Of a stretch of DNA of 30,148 nucleotides, positions 18,785-26,529 are shown in pieces. The notes beneath the pieces were generated by a model. The model ran no database searches. It worked only from the letters and a program-made list of their open reading frames with translations, and had not been told where the DNA came from. Origin of the DNA: a virus (Duplodnaviria > Caudoviricetes); the IMG/VR virus record IMGVR_UViG_3300030376_000423, positions 1 to 30,148 of that record. One strand, written 5' to 3'. How positions within the stretch are numbered: position 1 is the stretch's first letter; each line of letters begins with the position of its first letter. A program made the translations under genes and the position numbers.

Positions 18785-19012
18785 ATGGCTAAAGAAGGTC
18801 TAGGTAAATGGTTCAAAGAGGATTGGCGTGATGTCAAGACAGGTAAAAAGTGTGGAAGGTCAGGGAAGAAAGATAAACGCAGAAGCTACCCTGCGTGTAG
18901 ACCTAAAGCAGTTGCAGGAAAAATATCAAAGAGTGAAGCCAGAAAGAAAACAGGACCAAAGAGAGTCAAGTGGTCAGTGACCGCCTCTGGTAAGAAAAGA
19001 AAAAAGAAATAA
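18785..19012 (+). CDS. 75-aa basic protein (GLGKWFKEDW..CGR..YPACRP); resembles DUF5872 C-half
   Basis: Last gene of the + arm; Lys/Arg-rich. Motif match is from recall. Confidence 0.72.
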   Translation: MAKEGLGKWFKEDWRDVKTGKKCGRSGKKDKRRSYPACRPKAVAGKISKSEARKKTGPKRVKWSVTASGKKRKKK

Positions 19013-19050
19013 AATAAACCCCCAAGGAGAAATCCAAGGGGGTTTTTCTT
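19011..19050. terminator. Bidirectional rho-independent terminator between the two genome arms
   Basis: AAACCCCC-AA-GGA-GAAA-TCC-AA-GGGGGTTT stem, A-rich on the left and T-rich on the right, between convergent stop codons. Confidence 0.85.
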
Positions 19051-19346
19051 TACTTATGTGTGTCAGTCCATCTCTTGCGTAGTCTATTGAGATACCAGAT
19101 AGCTTTGTCTATATCTTCTAAACCATTCTTGTACTCGCAACGCCAGAGATACTTGAGAACATTGGCAGCATGTGGTGCTATACTACCAGACATGTTCTCA
19201 GTCATAGCTTCAATAGCTTGTATACATTCTATCCCACTATGGTTGTAGTGGACAGGGTTGTTGACTTGATCTGGACCGTTCTCACTACACTCACCGCATA
19301 CACCATCATCATCTAACAACCTCTCACACCATTCACAATTAGCCAT
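19050..19346 (-). CDS. DUF3310 protein (T7 gp1.7-like putative nucleotide kinase) with N-terminal CxxC..CxxC
   Basis: DQVNNPVHY, IECIQAI, NVLKYLWR..KNGLEDIDKAIWYL motifs; AGGAG RBS. Confidence 0.82.
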   Translation of the reverse strand: MANCEWCERLLDDDGVCGECSENGPDQVNNPVHYNHSGIECIQAIEAMTENMSGSIAPHAANVLKYLWRCEYKNGLEDIDKAIWYLNRLRKRWTDTHK

Positions 19347-19354
19347 CCAATCTC

Positions 19355-21247
19355 CTATGCTGATATGTCTACAATCTCACACGACTCCCCAGTACATGCA
19401 AATGTTTGACTAGACTTAGTTGTATCTTCTAACTCATACTCTGATAACTTAGTCCAATCAATACTCTTAGGCATTGTCTTAGTAAGTTCTTTGTAATCAT
19501 CTTTAGTACACTCTTGGTAAGGTGCTTGCTGATAGATGTGATCATCGTATGGTAAGAAACTTACACCAGACATCTCATCGAAGTGCTCGTAAACAAATGC
19601 ACCTACCTGAAACCATTCATCTTTCTTAACGTGAATGCTCACGCTAGGTTTGTGCTCACACCAATGGCGTTGATAAGCTAACCACGTTTCTAACTGATCG
19701 ATAGCTGACAAGTCAGATGTTACTACAGCATTGGTTGGTGCTTGTACTGGAAAGCTAAACACTGTAGTCTGATCTGGTTTGTAAACACATGGCTCACTTG
19801 GTATACCTTGATCTTTCATAAACTGAGTGAGAGGGTCTTTGTTGTCACCTCTTACTGTTCGTACATAGTAAGGACTATACCTAGCATGAATACCAGAAGA
19901 AGAGTCAACAAGTTGGGAGACAGTTCCCGATGGTTTGTTGCAACTTATAGCTGTACTACAGTTAATACCAAGACGTTTAGACCACTCATCGTTAGTAGCT
20001 ACTGCAACTTCACGAAGTCTCTCTAGTGTCTTATCTAATCCTTTGTTCTTTAAAGTCATAAGTGGGTTGTCTTGGACTCCAGTTAATGACACACCAAGCA
20101 GTCGTTCTTCTTCTGTATTTCTCTGCCACACTTTACGCAAGTAGGGGAAGTTGGTGTATGTGGATTGGATAGTTCCCAGTATTGTTGCCAAACGGACTTT
20201 TCGCTCCAGATCATCCACAGTATCCGTAGCCCTGACAACAACCTCTGTAAGATTACAGAACTGATACGGCCTAAGAATAATCTCACTACACGGGTTAGTT
20301 CCGAAGTCGTAGTTAGGATCACGTCTGCCATTCTTCGCAGCTTGATTCTTACTTGCTTGCCTATTGAATACACCTCTCTCTCCACTTCCTGATTCTACTA
20401 ATGCCATCCACTCACGCATGAATGAAAGACTATCTGGTTTTTCTACGTATGCTACACTGTTGTTAGCTAAGTATCTGTGAGCAGGAAACTCTCCTGACTT
20501 AGCGTGTCGCATCTTATCATCTGATAGGTTAGACAGACTGATCATAGCACTACGCCTAACACCACCTACTACAACTACCTCACCTATCTTACACATGATG
20601 TCGTGTGCTTCGATACTTGATAGCTTACGTCCTTGTGCTTCTTTGAATACATGTACTACAAAGTTAAACAAGTCAACCAAAGGAGCAGGTCCACTAGCAC
20701 GTCCACCAAACGTCTTCAGTCTAGCACCTGCAGGTCTTACCCTACTAACGTTCCACTTAGGAACCTCGCCACTATAAAGGAGAGCAATAACTTGTCGAAG
20801 AGCTTTAGCCCACCCTTCCTTACTGTCCTTTACCACAATGGTAGTATCACTCTCGAAGAGTTCTGGTATCTCTGGAAGCTTAGAAACGAACTGCCTCTCG
20901 ACACTGAAGCCAACACCAGTACCACAGAGAAGAATAAACATAGCCTCATCGAAGGACTTAGGATCATCTACGGGTAGGTAACTACAATTGTACCCTGCAG
21001 TGTTGTCTCTATCCAAGGCTGCACCTGCAGTCATCATTGCTCTCATACTTGGCATTACTTCAAGAGATAGTATTGCTTGTTCTATCTCATTACAAATACT
21101 AGAATCTACCAACGAACGCACAACATTAAACATGTATCGATTTACTGTTTCACCCCATGTCTCACGTCTTTGTTCTTCATCCAACCACCTAGCGTAGCGT
21201 GATGTGTGAATGAATGCTTGGTAGTCTGTTGGTAGATAATTGCTCAT
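19355..21247 (-). CDS. nrdJ: Class II adenosylcobalamin-dependent ribonucleotide reductase
   Basis: PSMR, YNCSY, GGVRRSA, TNPCSEI, KPSGTVSQL and C-terminal CTGESC redox pair; no nrdB nearby. Confidence 0.92.
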   Translation of the reverse strand: MSNYLPTDYQAFIHTSRYARWLDEEQRRETWGETVNRYMFNVVRSLVDSSICNEIEQAILSLEVMPSMRAMMTAGAALDRDNTAGYNCSYLPVDDPKSFDEAMFILLCGTGVGFSVERQFVSKLPEIPELFESDTTIVVKDSKEGWAKALRQVIALLYSGEVPKWNVSRVRPAGARLKTFGGRASGPAPLVDLFNFVVHVFKEAQGRKLSSIEAHDIMCKIGEVVVVGGVRRSAMISLSNLSDDKMRHAKSGEFPAHRYLANNSVAYVEKPDSLSFMREWMALVESGSGERGVFNRQASKNQAAKNGRRDPNYDFGTNPCSEIILRPYQFCNLTEVVVRATDTVDDLERKVRLATILGTIQSTYTNFPYLRKVWQRNTEEERLLGVSLTGVQDNPLMTLKNKGLDKTLERLREVAVATNDEWSKRLGINCSTAISCNKPSGTVSQLVDSSSGIHARYSPYYVRTVRGDNKDPLTQFMKDQGIPSEPCVYKPDQTTVFSFPVQAPTNAVVTSDLSAIDQLETWLAYQRHWCEHKPSVSIHVKKDEWFQVGAFVYEHFDEMSGVSFLPYDDHIYQQAPYQECTKDDYKELTKTMPKSIDWTKLSEYELEDTTKSSQTFACTGESCEIVDISA

Positions 21248-21603
21248 CTTTCGTCACCATCCCCTTGTATAGTTCCACGTTCTTTACGATCATATAGTTT
21301 CTCTAGATTCTTCATAGCTACATCGTGTAGTTCTATGTTTAAATCTTTAGACAACATAGCTGCATACCACAAGACATCTCCTATCTCAGATGCAATAGCA
21401 TTCTTATCTAGGTTATCATCTCGTAACATCTTCTTTACTTTGTTAGCTACCTCACCTGCTTCACCTGCTAGTCCAAGTGCAGGGTAAAGTATCTTGTGAT
21501 TATGCTTGTACATTGCAGTCTTAGCTGCAGCACTCTGATACTGACCAAGACTCATCATGTCTTTGTAAACTTCTTTGTAGTATTCCCAAGATTCACTTAT
21601 CAT
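21244..21603 (-). CDS. mazG: MazG-like NTP pyrophosphohydrolase
   Basis: LGLAGEAGEVANKVKK...EIGDVLWY...NLEKL.DR. Confidence 0.88.
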   Translation of the reverse strand: MISESWEYYKEVYKDMMSLGQYQSAAAKTAMYKHNHKILYPALGLAGEAGEVANKVKKMLRDDNLDKNAIASEIGDVLWYAAMLSKDLNIELHDVAMKNLEKLYDRKERGTIQGDGDER

Positions 21604-21787
21604 ATTCTAACTCCTCTTCTAGTATATCAAATGGCATGTCCTTGAAGAAGTAATCCCCCAAGTCTATGTCTCCTCTTTCAATCAACAACCCAAGAACAAC
21701 GTTCTCTGTTATATCATTCTGTTCTAATAACTGTGCTAGTCCATAGCTTTCTATTAGTAAATCTAATTGCCCCTCGTAATCAAACAT
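21593..21787 (-). CDS. Small acidic hypothetical protein (64 aa)
   Basis: Start at ATG 21787 after GGGGGGAAGG; overlaps both neighbours. Confidence 0.65.
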   Translation of the reverse strand: MFDYEGQLDLLIESYGLAQLLEQNDITENVVLGLLIERGDIDLGDYFFKDMPFDILEEELEYDK

Positions 21788-22577
21788 CCTTCCCCCCATA
21801 GAGTTTACGGATGGTGTTTAGTGAAATAAACTCAGGCTCATACACACCGTTCTCTAGTTCACGTTTTACTACAACACCCTTCCACCATTCATTGTTTGAC
21901 TGCCCTGCCCATGACTCTTCAGCGCCTTTGAAACACCCTGCGACAAGCCCGATAATCGAATTAGGATGTGCAGAATCTTTGAAATACATACTACGTTTAT
22001 GACTGTGACCACAAGTAGAACTGTGATTCCTGTTTTGTAGTAAGGTGTAAGCATGATGAACACCAGAGACAGGTGTGCCATAATTACCTGCACCAAAGAA
22101 ATGAGCGTAAGATACGCCATCGTAATCAGCGATACTGGGGGCTGAATTACGGTACTCATGGTATTCGTCAAACCATTGCTTCGTTTGAAGATGCCCGAAG
22201 GAAATCCCGTACTTCTCTCCCTGAAGTCTTGGATCATGGGCGATAGCTTTCTTGACTCTATTCTCATGGTTGCCCTCGAACCCTATCCAGTATGGACGCT
22301 TTCTTTTGTGATGTCTGAACTTCCAACGTAACCTCTCTTGTGAATCGTTGTAGTGGTTGATGTCACGTTCATAACCTTGAGACACTATTGCTTGAGGATA
22401 CTTTGTATCAAAGCTGTTCAAGCTACGCATGTCAGCACCATCACCTAAGTCTACAACATAGTCTGGTTTCAAGTCGTAGATAAACGCACCTAGCCAATCG
22501 AATCTTTCATTGCTTGTTCCTGGATCAGCGTGAGCGCATGTATAAACTAATACTGTTTTTCTTTTTTTAAGCATCAT
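21780..22577 (-). CDS. Calcineurin-like metallophosphoesterase
   Basis: CAH (variant of DxH), DLGDGAD, GNHE and GHSH motifs. Confidence 0.82.
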   Translation of the reverse strand: MMLKKRKTVLVYTCAHADPGTSNERFDWLGAFIYDLKPDYVVDLGDGADMRSLNSFDTKYPQAIVSQGYERDINHYNDSQERLRWKFRHHKRKRPYWIGFEGNHENRVKKAIAHDPRLQGEKYGISFGHLQTKQWFDEYHEYRNSAPSIADYDGVSYAHFFGAGNYGTPVSGVHHAYTLLQNRNHSSTCGHSHKRSMYFKDSAHPNSIIGLVAGCFKGAEESWAGQSNNEWWKGVVVKRELENGVYEPEFISLNTIRKLYGGKDV

Positions 22578-22800
22578 ATAAATCGCTGTTCTCTATAACA
22601 ACACCTTCTATAGTTCTATTCACTCTATTAGATTCTTCGTAAGCTTCATCAAACGTACTGTATAGCATTTCTGTTTCTTCTACCTTACCGTTGAACTCAG
22701 ATAAGTAAACAACACAGATAGGGTTATCTCCTGTAGTGTTATCGATTAGTTCAGGATACTCAAATGGTTCTCGAATAACTTTATGTAAAGTAAGTTTCAT
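22567..22800 (-). CDS. Hypothetical protein (77 aa)
   Basis: Start at ATG 22800 gives an ATGA overlap with the endonuclease stop. Confidence 0.65.
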   Translation of the reverse strand: MKLTLHKVIREPFEYPELIDNTTGDNPICVVYLSEFNGKVEETEMLYSTFDEAYEESNRVNRTIEGVVIENSDLYDA

Positions 22801-23198
22801 CTCTTTGGTTCCTTTAGCCATGCTTCAGGTATATACCTGTCAGCGTATTTAAAATCATACTTGTTACACCACATACCATACGTTGTTTTACTTCCTTTGT
22901 AAAGCTTTGATTTACTATTTGTAAACACAAACCGTATGTCTAACTCAGGGTGTTGATTACGAACTGCTAGGTGTTTGGCACGATCAGGAGATATAAACCT
23001 TCCTTTAGTCTCAATGATTATACCGTTGTCTAATACAAAGTCAGGAGTGTAGGTCTTGATCTTAGGGTCTATCCATTTGATCTTCATCTCTTCGTATGTA
23101 AAACCTATTCTTCTTTTCTTTAAGAACTTTGCAGTGTCTTGTTCTAGTCCTGATCTGTAACCTGCCCTCAATGCTCTCTGTCTTACTTTAACTTTCAT
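22797..23198 (-). CDS. Endonuclease I / Holliday junction resolvase (T7 gp3-like)
   Basis: YRSGLE, YTPDF, IIETKGRF and DIRFVF motifs. Confidence 0.92.
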   Translation of the reverse strand: MKVKVRQRALRAGYRSGLEQDTAKFLKKRRIGFTYEEMKIKWIDPKIKTYTPDFVLDNGIIIETKGRFISPDRAKHLAVRNQHPELDIRFVFTNSKSKLYKGSKTTYGMWCNKYDFKYADRYIPEAWLKEPKR

Positions 23199-24048
23199 CC
23201 ATAGAAACCTCTGGCACTTTAGGTTCTGATCTTACATCTACTAAGAACACAGGACCATAGCTGTAGATAAACTTACGTGCTTCAGGCCAACACTTCTTCT
23301 TGAACTCACAGTAGCTGCACATCATTGGTAACTTAGAGTTAGGACTTGTCTTGGACTGAGGTACTTTCTGTTGACGCTCTGCAGTTAGATCACCTGATAC
23401 AAGTTCTTTAGCATCAAGCATCTCCTGTTCTTTAGTCTTTAGTTCCTCAGTGAAGTCATAGACATCAAGACATATGTGACCATTCTGTTTGTCGATAACT
23501 AGGAAAGCACCTTGCGTTTTATTAGTAACCTTATCATCGTCCTTACCTGCATAGACGTAGCTACTTAACTGACTGATGTACCCAAAAGGATCATCGTTAC
23601 GCAGAGTACCTTCCTTGAACTTCTTGAAGGCGTATGGACTACAAGACTTGACATCAACAGTCATTCCATCAATCACCGCATCACGATGCCCTTTGATACC
23701 ATGTACGTCTAGTCTGTCTTGTTGTCCTTTTACGTCATGCCCTGCAGCTATAGCCATAGTTAACGCAAGCTCTTCTATCATGTCACCATAAAAGAACTTT
23801 AGTAATGCGTTATACTCTAAAGGTATAGCTTCTTCAGGTGTGTTTACTTTGTACCATAGTTTCCTTTTGCATGGTGTTCCAATAGAAGATAGAGACAAGT
23901 AGCCTCTTGATTCTTGCGGTTTACTGAATCGCTTGTTAGCTACAAGAGCAATGTTGGAGCCTAGAATAGAACCTTGTGTTCCAGACCACCCACCTTGACC
24001 CTTGATAACCTCTTGCATGTCAGCAATTAGTGTATCAATGGTTTTCAT
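23188..24048 (-). CDS. PD-(D/E)XK exonuclease, Cas4/RecB-like
   Basis: SSIGTPCKRKLWY, GHRD...VDVKS, QLSSY and CSYCEFKKKC (1+3 Cys arrangement). Confidence 0.82.
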   Translation of the reverse strand: MKTIDTLIADMQEVIKGQGGWSGTQGSILGSNIALVANKRFSKPQESRGYLSLSSIGTPCKRKLWYKVNTPEEAIPLEYNALLKFFYGDMIEELALTMAIAAGHDVKGQQDRLDVHGIKGHRDAVIDGMTVDVKSCSPYAFKKFKEGTLRNDDPFGYISQLSSYVYAGKDDDKVTNKTQGAFLVIDKQNGHICLDVYDFTEELKTKEQEMLDAKELVSGDLTAERQQKVPQSKTSPNSKLPMMCSYCEFKKKCWPEARKFIYSYGPVFLVDVRSEPKVPEVSMDES

Positions 24049-24543
24049 TTAGAATCCTACTGCTTCGTTCTCTTTGACGTACTCTTCTAGTTCAAGAACT
24101 TTAACACCAACTAAACTTGTACGGCTGTACTGTTGACCATCGCTTCCAGTAAACGTAGTGACTAGGTTGGTACACTCAGCAAGAGTTCCGTTACCAATTA
24201 CACCCATATCTTCAGTCCAAGGATTACCGTCCTTGTCTGTAACCTTTGGTGTTCCACCTGCCTGTGGAATCTCAGTACCATCCTTTTTTGTAACCTTGTG
24301 AGGGCGTACAAACTTAACTACAATCTCACCATCTATCATACGGTTCTGGTTAGGTTGCTTCTGAGAACCTGAATCCTTGAGAGACTTCATACCCTCTTTA
24401 TCTAGGATTTGATTAACAGTGTAAGCCCCCTCAGACTTCTCGTATGCTCCACCGTACCCTGTTAGATCACGATTCTCTTCGTTGAGTCGAGGCCATTCGA
24501 TTTGACCTACAGTTTTTACTTCTTTGTATATTGTTTTAGGCAT
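24049..24543 (-). CDS. Putative single-stranded DNA-binding protein (gp2.5-like)
   Basis: IGNGT and LVGVKVLEL.EY segments, acidic/aromatic C-terminus; between polymerase and exonuclease. Confidence 0.65.
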   Translation of the reverse strand: MPKTIYKEVKTVGQIEWPRLNEENRDLTGYGGAYEKSEGAYTVNQILDKEGMKSLKDSGSQKQPNQNRMIDGEIVVKFVRPHKVTKKDGTEIPQAGGTPKVTDKDGNPWTEDMGVIGNGTLAECTNLVTTFTGSDGQQYSRTSLVGVKVLELEEYVKENEAVGF

Positions 24544-24568
24544 GGGTTATCCTTCCTTTTTACTAAAG

Positions 24569-24607
24569 CCATACTTATATGTTACTATATAATTTTATTA
24601 GTGTCAA
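24569..24607 (-). promoter_or_regulatory. Sigma70-type promoter upstream of the SSB gene
   Basis: TTGACA (24607-24602), 17-bp spacer, TAACAT (24584-24579), then ATAAGTATGG. Confidence 0.75.
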
Positions 24608-24610
24608 GTG

Positions 24611-26491
24611 TTAATGTGTATCTTTCCAGGATTTTCCTATCGAAGATTCACCTTCTAGTGGGCACATGATTCCTAGATGTAAACCTGCCCACTTGATTGC
24701 GTCACGTTGTATCTCTCCTAGTCTTTCAGCAACATCTAAACCACCTCTCACTTGTGTTTGCCATTCGTCATGTACCCAAGTACATATCTTGTAGTCTATC
24801 TTTTCTCTGTCTGCTATCTCTCTCCATCGTCTTGTTGCGTATTTCATTACTAAAGTCTCACCGTTCTGCAACATACCTGCCAGTGTCTTGTGTTGGTTAG
24901 GTACAAAAACCTTGCGTCCATCGTATGCTTTGAAGTACCCACGTTCAGCTATGTCTGGTATCACTATGCTACGTAGTCTAGATAAACCTTCAATGCTATT
25001 CGTAAAGTTATGTACTGCTCTATTAGCTTCTCTTGTATTTGTCTTTAGTATTTGTGCAATCTTTTGTGTACCTGCTCCAAGTAAGAACGCATAGATAAAA
25101 GTCTTAGCCATGTCTCTTGTGATATTCTTTAGACCCAATGCCTTACGGTTGAGGTTATGTATGTCCGTATCTTCTTCTTTCTTTCCTTCGATAATAGCCT
25201 TAACGTACTGCTTACTTTCCATGATGTCAGCCAGTATCCGAAGTTGGATTCCTGAAGCATCCGTACCCACAAGATAACAACCGTCAGGTGTTGTCCATAA
25301 ATCTCTGAAGTCTCCATCATAATCTTTCTTTACTCTCTCTACTGCACTCTTCGGTTCACCATGAAAGACACTTGGTATGTTACCCATGTTAGGATGTCTG
25401 TGTGCCATGCGTCCTGTCCATGAACCAATGTGTAAAAACTGTCCGTGTATACAACTGTCATTGCTATTTGAGAAAGCCTGTATCCACTCAGCAAGTGTGC
25501 TTCTTCTTCCCTCCAGTGTTAACCATTCAGCTAAAGCTTGAGCACCTTCAGGGGCATCGTCAGGCAGTGTCTTGAGGTTCTCCTCAGATACAGTCCAACC
25601 ATAGTAACCGTAGTGCTCTAGTTTTTCCTTGTTATCTTCTCGTATAGCTTTGATGTGTCCTTTCGTTTTATCTGTAGGTTTCCACCCTGCTTCCCATAGT
25701 CTCTCTACTCTGTGCTTTGTCGATCCAGGATTGAACGATACGTAGTCATAACACTCTAGCATATCCTCTTCTATCTTAGTCTCAGGAAACTCTTCGAGTG
25801 CTTTCTCTACGTTCTTAAACAGACCACCATCTTCTCTGACTCTGTACTTTATAGTCTTTATCAACTCTAGTCTTGGTGGGAATGCTTGATGTATTCTCTC
25901 CTCTAGTTCTTGTAGTCTCTTAGTAATATCTAAGTGTAACTTATTTGCAACATCTATATTAAATTCAAACCCACCGTCATGCATTTCCTGACATATGATT
26001 GCTACATCATGCTCTAGTCTCATTGCTTGTGACCATGCCTGTGACATAACGTGTGGGGAAAAGTGATTGAATAATTTCTCTGTTACCTCTACATCTCTGT
26101 GACAATACTTTAACATCTCTGGAGTTAGGCCACCCTGAAAGTCTTTGAAATCATCTTTAGGGTAGCCTAGTTTTTCTCCCCATGTAGCCAACTTGTGTGA
26201 TCCAATACCGAAGTCTATTAGCATAGAAACGACTAGCGTATCTACAACATTCGACATACTTATCACGTTACCTAAATGTCTGTTGATTACAGGTGCGTCA
26301 AAGTTAATGAAGTTATGCCCTACCCATCGTGTTACTTTCTTAGCGTAGTCCTTGAATCTAGTACGCTCTACTTCATCTTCATGTAGGTTAAGAAACTCAT
26401 GTGTCTTACCTGTGTCTTTTTCTTTAACACAAATACACCACAACTTATCTGCGTTTAGATCGTTTGTTTCTATGTCTGCGAATACTATCAT
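24611..26491 (-). CDS. polA: DNA polymerase family A with 3'-5' exonuclease (T7 gp5-like)
   Basis: Exo motifs DIET, HNFINFD, YCHRD; polymerase motifs TGRMAH, DASGIQLR, AKTFIYAFLLG, VHDE. ATG 26491 preferred over TTG 26494. Confidence 0.93.
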   Translation of the reverse strand: MIVFADIETNDLNADKLWCICVKEKDTGKTHEFLNLHEDEVERTRFKDYAKKVTRWVGHNFINFDAPVINRHLGNVISMSNVVDTLVVSMLIDFGIGSHKLATWGEKLGYPKDDFKDFQGGLTPEMLKYCHRDVEVTEKLFNHFSPHVMSQAWSQAMRLEHDVAIICQEMHDGGFEFNIDVANKLHLDITKRLQELEERIHQAFPPRLELIKTIKYRVREDGGLFKNVEKALEEFPETKIEEDMLECYDYVSFNPGSTKHRVERLWEAGWKPTDKTKGHIKAIREDNKEKLEHYGYYGWTVSEENLKTLPDDAPEGAQALAEWLTLEGRRSTLAEWIQAFSNSNDSCIHGQFLHIGSWTGRMAHRHPNMGNIPSVFHGEPKSAVERVKKDYDGDFRDLWTTPDGCYLVGTDASGIQLRILADIMESKQYVKAIIEGKKEEDTDIHNLNRKALGLKNITRDMAKTFIYAFLLGAGTQKIAQILKTNTREANRAVHNFTNSIEGLSRLRSIVIPDIAERGYFKAYDGRKVFVPNQHKTLAGMLQNGETLVMKYATRRWREIADREKIDYKICTWVHDEWQTQVRGGLDVAERLGEIQRDAIKWAGLHLGIMCPLEGESSIGKSWKDTH

Positions 26492-26529
26492 CAAGTTCCC
26501 CTATCCAGTGTGTAACATCGTCGAACGGA

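Noticed and set aside
21248-21603. Cobalamin riboswitch upstream of nrdJ
   Set aside because: nrdJ overlaps the mazG stop, so there is no untranslated leader.
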